Assembly: GCF_009914755.1 (NCBI RefSeq)
Contig: NC_060925.1
Length of the DNA stretch: 64,000 nucleotides
Strand: one strand, 5' to 3'
Source of the DNA: the human T2T-CHM13v2.0 reference genome, Homo sapiens
A program made the position numbers and the translations under genes. Shown here in pieces: positions 24,195-37,787 of the stretch. Position 1 is the first letter of the stretch; each line of letters starts with the position of its first letter. The notes below the pieces were generated by a model. That model ran no database searches, was not told the DNA's origin, and saw nothing but the letters and a program-made list of their open reading frames with translations.

Positions 24195-24860
24195 GGATAT
24201 TGTCAGAAAGTCTTCCAAAGTGGCTACAACAATTTACATTGCCACAAGCAGTGTAGAAAAGTCCTAATTTCTCCACAACCTCATCAACACTTGTTATTAC
24301 ATAATTTTTTATTCTAGTCAGCCTAGTGGGTATAACCAACCCAGTGGGTATAAAGTGATTTGCATTTCCCTGATGACTAATAATGTCAAGCATTTTCAAA
24401 AATACTTATTGGCTGTTTGTATATCTTCTTGGAGAAATTTCCTATTCAGAGTCTTTGCCTATTTTTTATTTAGGTGGTCTTTATTATTAAGTTGTATAGT
24501 TCCTTATAAGTCCCTTATTGAATATATGATTTGCAAATATTTACTTTTATTCCACTGGTTGTCTTCTCATATTCTTGATAATGTTATTTGATACGTAAAA
24601 GTTTTTAATTTTAATAAAGTCCAATTTATATTTTTTTGCTTGTGCATTCGATATCATATCTTAGAATCTATTGCCAAATCCAAGGTCATGTGGATTTACA
24701 CCTATGTATTATTCTAAGATGTATATAATTGCAGTTCTCACATTTAAGAGTTTTGATCCATTTTGAACTAATTTTTTCATATGATATGAAATAATGAATC
24801 CAGTTTATTCATTTGTATGTGACTATCTAGTTGTCCCAGTATAATTTCTTGAAAATGACT
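24195..24860 (-). mobile_element. Old L1M ORF2 fragment
   Basis: Reverse-strand L1 ORF2 3' region, e.g. tttgcatttccctgatgactaataatg. Confidence 0.7.
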
Positions 24861-24964
24861 AGTCTTTTCTTTCTAGAGAGAAAGCTGCAATACCTGTGGA
24901 TTTTAAAATAGTGTCTTCCTGGCAAAGCTAATTCAGATAAAGTCTTTACAGTGGCCTCCATTTC

Positions 24965-26880
24965 ATATGACTATGCCTTACAAAAAGGGAAAATTTGAAC
25001 ACAGAGAAGGACATACTATGGAGAATACAGTGTGAACATAAAAACAGATAGTAAGGTTATGCATCTATAAGCCAAAGAACACTGAAGATTTTCATCAAAC
25101 CGCTAGAACCTACGGAGTAGGCACAGGACAGATTCTTTCACAGCCATCAGAAGGAATCAAATCTGCTCATGCTTGATCTTGGACTTATAGCCTCCAGAAC
25201 TGTGAAACCATAAACTTCTGTTGTTTAGGCCACCCAGTTTGTGGTATTTTCTTTTAGAGGCCCTAGAAAAGTAATAGTTTGGAAAAGTGACATGGGGTAT
25301 TATTGTAACAAATACTTAAAAATGTGGAGATGGCTTTGGAATTGGAAAATTGGTATCAGCTGGAAGAATGAGGTATATAATATAATGAGTTTAAACTGGA
25401 AGAATGAGGTGTGTAATATAAAAACTATAGGTTGCCTTGAAGAGATTATTTGTAAACATGAACATTAAAGGAGGTTCTGGTATGGACTTAGAAAGAAAGA
25501 GAGGAGAGTCAAAGAGAAAGCCTCTATGATCTTTTAGAATAAACATGTCATCATCAACATCATCAACAGAATGTTGCTAGAAATATAAATGTTAAAGACG
25601 GTCTGATTAGGTCTCAGGTGGAGATGAGGTAAATGGGAAGAAAGGCAATCCTCATTATATAGTGAGAGAGGACTTGGCTCTCTTGGCTGTATTGAGTTCT
25701 GTTGAATAAAAAGTAGACTCTGTAAGTGATGAACTTGGATACTTAGCTGAGGAAACTTCTAAGCACAATGTTGAAGGAATACCCTAATTTCTTCTTACTG
25801 TTTAAAATAAAATGAGGAGAGAGATAAACTGAAGAGAAAATTTTTTGAGAAAAATAAATGAGAATTTGAATACAAGCATTTGAAAAATGCTTATTCTATT
25901 CACATTACAGAGAGAGAGACTCTGAAGAGAATACCAAGACACACCCCCACTGGGGCTGGATAACCTCTTGCTAAAGAGCTCAGGTATATGACAAGTGGAC
26001 ACCATCAACCATTTCAGCTGACATGCTGTCAGCCTGTACCAAAGGATGTTGAACCTGGATCCAAAGAGCCTTAAAATCTCATATAATTTTCTCCACTGGT
26101 TTTTGGACTTGTTTGGGACCTGTATCCCTTTTCTTCTGTCTGGTTCTTCCCTTTTAAAATGGAAATTTCTATGCTATGCCTGGCAGATCATAGTATTTTA
26201 AAAGAGATAACATATTTTCTAGATTTTCAGGTTCACAGATGGAGAGGACTTTTGCCATGGAATTAATCATATCCTGAGTCTCACCCATATTTATTTTGAT
26301 ATTTAGTTGAGATTTTGGACTTAGTTAATTTTAATGAATGAGTTAAGACATTGGGGAATGTTGAGGTGAGGTGATTATATTTTGCATTTCATCAGGATAT
26401 GAATTAGTGAAGGTCAAGAGCGGACTTCTGCTGGTTGAACTGTATCCTCCCAAAGTTTGTGTGCTCAGTTCCTCACTTCTCATACCTAAAAATGTGACTT
26501 TATTTGGAAATAGGTTCATTACTGATGCAATGAAGTAAGCTGAGAGCATTAGGCTAATTATTGTCTAATTCAATAACACTGGTGTCCTTGTTTTTTAAAA
26601 AGGGAAATTCCAGAGGCATATTTACAAGTGGAACATCATGTAACGATGAAAGTAGAGATCAGAATAATGCATTCATAAGCTAAAGAACACCAAAGATTTC
26701 TGGCAAACCACCAAAAGCTAGGGAAGATACATGAAACAGTTGCTTTCTCAGAATAAGTCAACCCTGCTGACCTCTTGATCTCAGGCTTAATTCCTCCAGA
26801 GACATGAAACAATAAATTTCTGTTGCTCAAGCCACCCAGTCAAAGGTACATTGTTACAGCAACCCTTTAAAACTAATACA
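24965..26880 (+). mobile_element. MaLR provirus: MLT1-type LTR (~24965-25277), internal region (~25278-26425), second LTR (~26426-26880)
   Basis: Two homologous LTRs (atgcatctataagccaaagaacac / atgcattcataagctaaagaacac; gccacccagt; ending aagtaata / aactaataca) flank an MLT-int-like segment. Confidence 0.8.
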
Positions 26881-27439
26881 TTCTTAAAGGACCATCTTCC
26901 TTTTCATCAGAGCATTTATCTCAGTTTATAACATTTATTAATTTCCTGTTAAAAAAAAAACTACCTTCCAAGTTCAAGTATAATTTCCATAAAACTTGTA
27001 TTTGTTTTTAGTTTCCTCTTTTATCTACAGAACCTTAAAGATTCTCTGGTAGCTATTAAGAACACAATAGAATGGATAAATGCATAAATGTGTGAATGAG
27101 TGTATGGCATGCTGGCTTCTCATCAATGCTTCATGATGAATAGTCAACTTCCACTCATGATGTGAATATGACCATGTATCAAGATGGCCAAATTTAATTT
27201 TTTAAGGCACGCTGAGACAGAAGAGGATAAGAGAAATTGTTAGATATTGTTTCTGATAGAACTTGAGCAGTTCTAGGCTGAAGAAACAAGGTGATCACCT
27301 TGCATTTAATAGAAAGAAGAATGATTTAGTTATTAGATTAATTTAATATGACTGTCTAGGGGTAGAATGAGCTGTGTTATGAGATGGTGAGTTCTCTGTT
27401 GTGACCTTTCTTTTTGGGAGGCCATAATAATCTATTATT

Positions 27440-28345
27440 TCTTTTTTTTTAATTTTCTAAGTTGACAGACAACATTATATGTTTTTATCAGGTACAATAT
27501 GATGTTTTGAAGTATATATACATTGTGAGGTGGTTAAATCTCTCTGATTAACAAATATATTACCTCACAGCCAACATTTTTGTCATGAGAAGACATAACA
27601 TCCACTCTCTTTATATTTTTCAGGAATACAATATTTCATCTTTAGCTATAGTCACCTTGCTATAAAATAGATTTCTTGATATTTATTACTCCAATCTAAC
27701 TATAATTATATCTTTTGACCAACATTTTCCCATTTCTCCCTCCCCTACAACATCCCTAGCCTTTGTTTACCACCACTCTACTCTCTACCACTATGAGATC
27801 AACTTTTTGAGATTCTACATATGAATGAGTGATACAGTTTGGCTCTGTGTCCCCACCCAAATCTCATCTCAAATTGTAATCCCTGTAACCCCCAAGTTTT
27901 GAGGGAGGCACATGGTGGGACCAGGGGCCAGTTTCTCCCATGCTGTTTTCATGATAATGACTGAGTTCTCATAACATCTGATGGTTTTATAAGTGTTTGA
28001 CAGTTCCTCCTTCACACGCTCTCTCACCTGCCATCATGTAAGATGTGACTACTTCCCCTTCTGCCATGATTATAGGTTTCCTGAGGCCTCCCCAGCCATG
28101 TGGAACTGTGAGTCAATTAAACCTCTTTTCTTTATATCTTTTTCGTATGAATTACCTAGTCTTGGAAAGTTCTTCATAGCAGCGTGAGAACAAACTAATA
28201 CAATGAGATAATGTGATATTTTTCTTTCTGTGCCTGGCTTATTTCACTTAACAAAATTTCCTTCAGGTTCATCCATGTCATCACAAATGAAAGGATTTCC
28301 TTCCTTTTTATGGTTAAAAGTATTATATTTTGTATACATATTTTT
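27440..28345 (-). mobile_element. L1MA-like 3' end split by a THE1 LTR
   Basis: Reverse L1 3'UTR; continuous across the LTR (atgaatgag|...|atgagataatgtgatatttttctttctgtgcctggc). Confidence 0.75.
27830..28202 (+). mobile_element. THE1 (C/D-like) solo LTR
   Basis: tgatacagtttggctctgtgtccccacccaaatctcatc...aactaataca; 5-bp TSD ATGAG. Confidence 0.9.
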
Positions 28346-28568
28346 TCTTTCTTGTTGTGGGGGTTCGGGGATTTTTTTTTTTTTTTTTTTTGGCATTTGG
28401 GAGACATCATCTTCCTTCCCCAGGAGAGGGCAGAGAGAGTTGCCTGGATGTTTATGGGCAAATGGGTGCCCCAAAAGCCCATGAAAGCAAGTAAGATCAT
28501 TGAGGATTATGCGATCTTGTGTTCAAGTCTTATGTGGTCTCCACCTTTCTGAGTTTTTAAGAATAACA

Positions 28569-28972
<404 letters not shown>

Positions 28973-29448
28973 ACCAGGATAACAAACACAAACACAAGTC
29001 TATTACATAGTCGTACATTTCTCAGCTTTGTCTTTAAATGCAAAGGCTGACCAAAAAGCTAGCAGTGCTGCAAATGTGATGCCCAGACCAGCACCTCAGG
29101 GCTCCATTCTCTGTTTCCATTATCAGCCTACACATGTGTGGACCTGCCTCACTCCATTAGGGCAATAGGAATATTCCATCCACCTGTGCTAGTTGAGTAA
29201 CGCAAATGACCTCTGACCTGGTTTTCTCTACTGGCCTTTCACTTTGGAGTTCAGTAGTGTATGTCAAGTTTGTTAACTTAAACCACACACACACACACAC
29301 ACACATACACAATTTGTCTCTGGCCAAGGCCAGAGACAGGCACTTCAAAGGAGGAGGGGTTGGGGTAAGAGCTTTATGCTGAATAGACAGGCTAAACATA
29401 CATATTCAACAGGTTACAGAAAGAGCTATAAATATGCACGAAGGTGGT

Positions 29449-30200
29449 TGCCCAAAGCTGTGGGGTCCCATCTCTTGCTTCAGCATGACCTGGATGTGAG
29501 ACATGGAGTATAACATTTTGGAACTTTAAGGTTTAACGACTACTCTATTGGATTTTGGACTTGCATGGGGCATGCGGCCCTTTTGTTTTTGTCAATATCT
29601 CTTATTTGGAACGAATGTATTTACCCAATACCTGTAGCCCCATTGTATCTAGGAAGTAACTAACTTGCTTTGGATTTCATAGGCTCATAGGTGGAAGGGA
29701 CTTGACTTGTCTCAGGTGAGACTTTGAACTTGGAATTTTGTGTTAATGCTTGAATGAGTTAAGAATTTGGGGGACTGTTGGAAGGGCATGATTGTGTCTT
29801 GAACTGTGAGGACATGAGATTTGGGAGGAACCATGGGCTAAGTGATAAGGTTTGGCTCTGTGTCCCCACCCAAATCTCACCTTGAATTGTAATAATTGCC
29901 ATGTGTCATGGAAGGGACCCAGTGGGAGGGTAATTGGATCATGAGGACAGTTTCCCCCATGCTGTTCTTGTGATAGTGAGGGACTTCTTACGAGATCTGA
30001 TGGTTCCATAAGGGGCTTCCCCCTGTGCTTGGCACTCATTCTCTCTCCTGCTGCCCTGTGAAGAGGTGCTTTCCGCTATGATCGTAATTGTCGTGAGGCC
30101 TCCCAGCCATGCTGAACTGTGAGTCAATTAAGCCTCTTTCCTTTATAAATTACCCAGTCTTGCATATGTCTTTATTAGCAGTGTGAGAATGAATTAGTCA
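29449..30200 (+). mobile_element. THE1 internal 3' segment plus 3' LTR (29843-30200)
   Basis: THE1-int tail (ttttggacttgcatgggg...aaggcatgattg) then LTR tgataaggtttggctctgtgtcccc; near-TSD gtggt/gtagt. Confidence 0.88.
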
Positions 30201-30600
30201 GTAGTCTTGACACATGCACATGCATACAGAACAAACATTCATGTAGTATATGACCCATGTTCACTTTGTGGTGTAGAGTTAATATTGAAATGTATTACAA
30301 TTAGAACATATACATCAAAAGGTCTTTTCAGGACACAAAGGTACACAATTGCACAGTCTCTGCAAACTGGCCAGTCAGCCCATGTTTGGTCATCTTCTTA
30401 TCAGGATAACAATATTGAAATCAGTATTTTGTCCAATCAAAGCTGTAGCTATGGCTGATGGAACAGGAGCTCAGTTAATCAGCACCTGTGAGCTGGATGA
30501 GTTGTAATTGTTTTAATATTGCTTATTTCAAGGTCAGTGCTTGTTTGGCTGCTAGATATTTAAAAAAATAACTTTGTCACACTTAGACCATAGTTTATCC

Positions 30601-32945
30601 TTTTTTAAACATTTATTTTAGGTTCAGGGTTACATTTGCAGGTTTGTTATATAGTTAAACTCATGTCACAGGAGTTGGTTGTACAGATCATTTTGTCACC
30701 CAGGTACTAACCCTAGTACCCAATGGTTATTTTTTCTAATCCTCTCCCTCCTCCAACTCTCTACCCTCAGGTAAACCCCAGTGTATGTTGTTCCCTTCTT
30801 TGTATCCATAAGTTCTCATCATTTAGATCCTGCTTATAAGTGAGAACATGTTGTATTTGGTTCTCTGTTACTGTGTTAGTTTGCTAAGGATAATGGCCTC
30901 CAGCTGCATTTATGTTCCCACAAAAGACATAATCTTACTCTTTTTTATGGCTGCATAGTATTCCATGGTGTATATATACCACATATTCTTTATCCAGTCT
31001 ACCACTGATGGGCATTTATGTTGATTCCATGTCTTTGCTATTGTGAATAGTGCTGCAATGAACATTCACATGCATGTGTCTTTATGGTAGAATGATTTAT
31101 CTTCCTTCATGTATGTACCCAGTAGTGAGATTGCTGGGTTGAATAGTAGTTCTGTTTTTGGCTGTTTGAGAAAACACCACACTGCTTTCCACAATAGTTG
31201 AACTAATTTACACCCCACCAACAGTGTATAAGCATTCCTTTTGCCCCACAACCTTGTCAGCATGTTATTTTTTGATTTTTTAATAATAACCATTTGGGCC
31301 AGGGGCGGTGGCTCACATCTGTAATCTCAGCACTTTCAGTGGCCAAGGTGGGTAGATCACCTGAGGTCAGGAGTTCAAGACCAACCTGGCCAACATGACA
31401 AAGCCCTGTCCCTACTAAAAATATAAAAAGTAGCTGGGCGCAGTGGCGGGCACCTGTAATCTCAGGTACTAGGGAGGCTGAGGCAGGAGAATTGCTTGAG
31501 CTCAGGAGGCAGAGGTTGCAGTGAGCCGAGATTTCACCACTGCATTCCACCTTGGGTGACAGAATGAGACTCCATCTCAAAAAAAAAAAAAAATTAAAAA
31601 TTAAAAATAAAATAATAGCCATTCTGACTGGTGTGAGATATATCTCATTGTGGTTTTGATTTGCATTTTTCTCATGATCAGTCCTATTGAGCTTTTACTC
31701 ATGTGCTTTTTGGCCACACATATGTCTTCTTTGAAAAACATCTGTTCACATTCTTTGCCCGCTTTTCAACAAGGTTGTTTGTTTTTTTCTTGTAAATTTG
31801 TTTAAGTTCCTTATAGATGCTGGATATTAGACATTTGTCAGATGCATAGTTTGCAAAATTTTCTTTTATTCTATAGATTGTCTGTTTACTCTGTTGATAG
31901 TTTCTTTTGCTGTACAGAAGCTCTTACGTTTAATTAGATTCCATTTTTCAATTTTTGCTTTTGTTATGATTGCTTTTGGCATCTTTGTTATGAAATCTTT
32001 GACCGTTCCTATGTCCAGATGGTATTGCCTAAGTTGTCGTCAGGATTTTTATAGTTTTGGGTTTTACATTTAAGTCTTTAATCCAGCTTGAGTTGATTTT
32101 TGTATATGGTATAAGGAAGAGGTCTAGTTTCAATCTTGTTCGTATGGGTAGCCAGTTCTCCTAGCACCATTTATTGAAAAGGGAGTCCTTTCCCCATTGC
32201 TTGCTTCTGTCAGCTTTGCCAAAGATCAGATGGTTGTAGGTGTACGGCCTTATTTCTGAGCTATCTATTCTGTTCCACTGGTCTGTGTATCTGTTTTTGT
32301 ACCAATGCCATGCTGCTTTGGTTACTGTAGCCCTGTAGTATGTTTGCAGTCAGGTAACATGATGCCTCCAGCTTTATTCCTTTTGCTTAGGATTGTCTTG
32401 GCTATTCGGGCTCTTTTTTGATTCCATATTAATTTTAGAGTAGATTTTTCTAGTTCTGTGAAGAATGTCAATGGTAATTTGATAGGAATAGCATTGAATC
32501 TGTAAATTGCTTTGGGCAGTATGGACATTTTAGTGAAATTAATTCTTCTTATCCATGAGCGTGAAATGTTTTTCAATTTGTTTGTGTCATCTCAGATTTC
32601 TTTGAGAAGTGTTCTATAACCCTCAATGTAGAAATCTTTCACCTTCCTGGTTAGCTGTATTCCTGGGTATTTTATTCTTTTATTGGCAGTTGTGAATGGG
32701 ATTGAATTCCTGTTTTGGCGCTCCGGTTGGCAGTTGTTAGTGTATAGGAATACTACTTATTTTTGTACATTGATTTTGTATCCTAAAACTTTGCTGAAGT
32801 TGTTTATCAGCTGATAGAGCTTTGGGGCTGAGACTATGGTTTTTTAGATATAGAATCATGTTATCTGCAAAAAAGGATAGTTTGACTTACTCTTGCCCTT
32901 TATTGTTTTTTCTCTTGCCTAATTCCTCTGGCCTGGACTGGAAGT
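30601..32945 (-). mobile_element. 5'-truncated L1PA with nested Alu
   Basis: Reverse 3'UTR at 30601; ORF2 peptides on - (32322-32576, 31066-31293). Confidence 0.9.
31297..31610 (+). mobile_element. Alu (AluS)
   Basis: Full Alu; TSD aataataaccatt/aataatagccatt. Confidence 0.95.
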
Positions 32946-33383
32946 ACTAGAACATTATTTATTCTTTAAGTGTTGGAGTGCACGACTTAATCTTTGCCTG
33001 GCATGGCCCTAGGTCCTGTGTATAATTTGGTATTTTTTGGCCATGAAGAGTCTGTTCTGTCAGTTTTATGATCTCTGTTTTAACAATCCTGATCAGTTGT
33101 TGTGTCTAAACCATAAAAGGGAGGTAGGGTATAGTGAAGTGTGTCTGACCTCCCACCCATCATGGCCAGAAACTCAGTTTTAAGGTTTTCCTGGGGTCCC
33201 CTTGGCCAAGAAGGGATCTGTTCAGTCAGTGAAGGGCTTAACATTTTACTTTTCATTGATAAGCCACACGTCTTTCTCCATGCTTTTTGTATGTGTGGAA
33301 CAGTCCTCAGTTACCTGGACCCAGGTGTTTCTAACTTAGGGGTTCATCAATCATGCCCTGTCAGGTTCTGTAGATTCAACTAG

Positions 33384-33985
<602 letters not shown>

Positions 33986-34234
33986 AGGAGTACCTATCTT
34001 AATTGAAAACCTTTGAGCAGTGGGCAGCCTTCTCACATTTTGGTGATGGCACTTGGGCTGGAACTGATTAAATTTCTGGTCTGGTGTTGACCATATGGAA
34101 AGGGTCACATGAACCTGGCAATGAAAGAATCCCATGGTCTGTTCTACATTCTTCCCTAATGGAAGTTAGCAACGCGGTCCAGTGATTTTTAGTATAAATT
34201 TAAGTGCATCTGTATGTTTGTCAGCATGTGCCTT

Positions 34235-35105
34235 CACATTTTCTTTATCCATTCATCCACTAGTGGACACTTAGGCTGAATCCACATCAATCAATGTGAA
34301 TTGTGAATAGTGCCATTCATAACTGTGAATCGTGCTGCAATAAATACGAGAGTGTAGAGAGCTCTTCAACATACTCATTTCATTCTTCTTACTATAAGAA
34401 GTGGGACTGCTACATCATATGGTATTTCTCTTTTTAATTTTTTGAGGCGCCTCCATACTATTTCCCATAATGGCTTTATGAGTTTACATTCTCACCAACA
34501 GTGTAAGGAGCTCCTTTTTCTCCACATCCTTGCTGACATTTGTTATCTCTTGTCTTTTTGATAATAGCCGTTCAAACTGGGATGAGGTGAAATCTCATTA
34601 TGGCCTTGCTTTGCATTACTCAATGTTTGGTGATGTGGAGAATTTTTCATATACCTGGTGGCCATTTGTATGACTTCGTTTCAGAAATGTCTATTCAGGC
34701 TTTTATCTACTTTGTAATCAGGTTATTTTATTTTGTTTTTGTTTATTTTATACCAAGTATTGAGTTCTTTGAATTCCTTATATGTTTTGAATAATCACAT
34801 GAAGAAGAATAAAATTAGACTCTTATGTTTCACAACATGTGAAAGTCACTCAAAATGAATTAAAGACTTAAAGGTAAGATCCAGAACTATGAAACTACTA
34901 GAAGAAAACACAGAGAAAATGCCTTAGGACATTGGTATGTGTAAGAATTGTTTGAATAAGACCTCGAAAGCACAGGCAGCAAAAGCACAAATGGATAAAT
35001 GAGATTACATCAAACTTAAAAACTTCTGCACAGTATACAATCAACAGAATGAAGGGACAGCTTACAGAATGGGATAAAATATTTGTAAACTATATATCTA
35101 ACAAT
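34235..35105. mobile_element. Old L1 fragment with inverted 5' segment (- at 34235-34790, + at 34795-35105)
   Basis: The + segment ends at ...atttgtaaactatatatctaacaa, adjacent in the L1 consensus to where the - segment starts. Confidence 0.75.
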
Positions 35106-35927
35106 ATGTCACTACATTTCAAACAATAGAAAGTCATGGACTCTGTCAGGGTTAGTGTAAAGGAATGTCTACTCTAAGAAGTAGTAAAACTAACTTTCAA
35201 AGGTAGCTTAGTTTCATGAAACTGGTTTCAGAGAGGTATGAAGATAAAGTTTCCCTTCTGTGTTGAGAGTATACGAGAAAAAACAGAGTGAAGGGAGGCC
35301 AAGGGAATCAGCCTATCATTCTACCACATCACATCAGTCATATTTCATCTCCCACACAGTGGTACCGATATTTGTGGACGAGTATGTCTGCCCACTGTAA
35401 ATCTCTTTTTCATTAATAATCAGATGCAGAATTCTCACTTATTATTTCATTTATCATTTTCAACTTTCTATTTTAATCTTGCAGGACTTTTACAGAATTT
35501 GATCACAAGCTCTCTCAGCTTCCTTTTTCCAGGCTTAAGTGTCCTCATACTTTGTCATCTCTCTTTCCATCTACTGATCTTTCCCATAAAATGATTATTA
35601 ACCGTCTTCATTAAAGATTTCTCCAGATCTCCTCTATCTTCCATGAGGTGAGATCGTGGGTAGAATACTGTATAGTGCTCCACATGCAGGCATAGCACTG
35701 GTTATGCAGAAAGAACTTTCAAGAAGGAATGAAAATTGAAACCTACAGAAAACACAACAAAAAACTGGTTTCCTCCAGGGACAGTTAAGGGTAGCATGGG
35801 GCACAAATAAATAAATTTGCTACTTTCAAAGTAGGCCTAGGCGTGATCTAGAATAGAAATTTAGAGCTGTAAAGGAACTTAATTGATTTCTGCAGGTCGG
35901 TTAGTTGCTTCCGCACATTATGTGAAG

Positions 35928-35963
35928 TTACTGCCACCTTGTGGCAATACCTAAGCACTACAC
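35928..35963 (-). promoter_or_regulatory. Candidate CTCF site with upstream motif
   Basis: Minus strand gtgtagtgcttaggtattGCCACAAGGTGGCAGta fits CCASYAGRKGGCRS (one mismatch) plus a TGCAGT-like upstream module. Confidence 0.6.
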
Positions 35964-36929
35964 TTTCTGACTTTGAATAACCTAGAAAAATATAATGCAT
36001 AAGACAACAAGCCCTTTCGCTAAAGCGCCTTAAATATTGCCTAACAGTTTATATCTGTATAGATCTGTGGCTTATATTATCACTTACATGGTTTCATCTC
36101 GACTTCATAGAAATCATGTAAACATAGAAACCATGTTATCCATGTTGCGTGCCTGCGTGCGTGCGCGCGCACACACACACGGAGTAAAAGATGTCGTATA
36201 AGTTTTGCTGTTAGAGTTGAACTTAAAAATCTCTAAATTGTTACATTTGGAGGCTCTCATTTTGGGGGATCCTAGTGTGAGATGCTCCTTTGTTGGTCAA
36301 TTTTAATTATACAGACATAAATAAAGGATATATTAATTATAGAGAAAAAGATCAGAAATGTAAACAAAATGCAGATAAGATGGAGACATTCAATGATTTG
36401 TCCAATAATATAAAAACAGTTTTTGTGTGCGGGTAGTTTGTTGTCATTAGTGGAAGGAAATAGAGAGAAGGATAAATAATATTTGAATTTGAAAGAGCGG
36501 ATGTATGAATACAAGACTCCCTTGAAGAAGAAAGGATCGTCTGGGACCACAGCAGGCCGGGGACAGGGAGAAGAATGAGCAGGCTGTGTGGAAGAACAAA
36601 ACGACCTAGTATCCCAGTTTATTTTTTTTCCAGTGCTATGATTTCTTTCCTTTATCTTAAAATCTTTGGTAAACATGTAAATGAGGTTTTGAGAAGTTAA
36701 GATTGAAATTCCATGTTCATGTTCGCTGCAATTGAACTGGAGAAGTGAAAATATGACAAATGGAAGTGGCAGCCCTAAGGGCTGGAACAAGAGATGCAAA
36801 CAAAGGCTGGGATGGATTTGTGGAATTTGTAACAAACACTTCCTAGGAGTGATTTCTCAGTAAAAGGGGGCAACGAGGCTGGTGTAGTAAGTTAGCAAAC
36901 AAATTCCAGCAGCCTTCCCTGGGGGACTT

Positions 36930-37028
36930 TCATGCTGAAATGCAATCCCTAGTGTTGGAGGTGGGGCCTGATGGGAGGTGTCTGGATCACGGGGGGTGGA
37001 TCCCTCATGAATAGCTTAGTGTCATCCC
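36930..37028 (+). mobile_element. MST (MaLR) LTR fragment
   Basis: catgctgaaatgcaatccctagtgttggaggtggggcctg...gatccctcatgaatagcttagtgtcatccc. Confidence 0.8.
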
Positions 37029-37038
37029 GTTTCCCTCA

Positions 37039-37380
37039 TCAACATGCATTCCCAGAAATGCCATGAAAGGAAAGACCAAGTCTTGACTGAGAAACGGACC
37101 GGGCAGATGAGGGACTCCCACATATACCTGTTTCCTGCTCTTCCCGAAGACATTTTGCCACAAGCATATAATTCAGCTTCTGAAAAATACGGTCTTCCTC
37201 ACTGCAGACACCATGCCAGCGTTTTAAATCAAGTTGGCTACTCGTGCTGTTTAGAGTATGCAGTTTGCCTGTGGCAATATTAAACTCATCTGGAAGAAAG
37301 CACTTAAACCTATCCAGTTCCTCATCGGTGATGTTATCCAGGCTGGTTAGCAAGAGTATCTCCTTATATTTACTCTCCAT
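37039..37380 (-). CDS. PYDC5: Pyrin domain-only protein 3 (POP3), AIM2-PYD-derived inhibitor of ALR inflammasomes, 113 aa
   Basis: [47 protein letters not shown]... is nearly identical to the AIM2 N-terminus; single exon; position between PYHIN1 and IFI16 and length match POP3. Confidence 0.92.
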
Positions 37381-37787
37381 CTCACGACTTTTCAGCTTAT
37401 AAGGGATCCAAACTATGTAAGATTATACCACCAAAAGTGATTCAACATTCAAAATGAAGCAAGGTGAGCTGTTACTATTTTTTAAAGGGAAAATAAAATG
37501 TTTACAGTACAGTAAAAGAGATTTTGGTGAAATATAAGAAATAACTTTTTAAGCAAGATAGTCCTTCTTCCTGGGAAAGACATCTTCAGAGGGTATACAA
37601 CCACCTCCAGAATTCTTAGAAAATGGGATCCATTTTCCTGTTATTTTTAAAACAGAGTTATTCAGGCATAACTGACATACAACACAATGCACATATTTCA
37701 CATGTGCAATTTAAATTTTTTGACATGTATACAGTAGATAAAGCTCAATTTTTCAATTTCTTCTTTCATGGATCATGTTTTTGGAAT

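Larger units (their letters stand above)
29305..33260 (-). mobile_element. MER4-group (MER4D-like) ERV1 LTR, split by THE1 and L1 insertions
   Basis: Reverse complement of 33260-33100 resembles the MER4 LTR start (aaaatgttaagccc...cttggccaaggggacccc...ggccatgatggg); pieces at ~29305-29448, 30201-30600 and 32950-33260. Confidence 0.7.

Noticed and set aside
28372-28560. PolyT followed by unique sequence as a short retrocopy
   Set aside because: No polyadenylation signal next to the tail on the minus strand, no TSD and no recognisable parent gene.
36272-36835. 187-aa minus-strand ORF next to PYDC5 as a second exon or new gene
   Set aside because: TTG start, low-complexity F/I/L composition typical of AT-rich antisense DNA, no similarity to AIM2 exon 3 or HIN domains.
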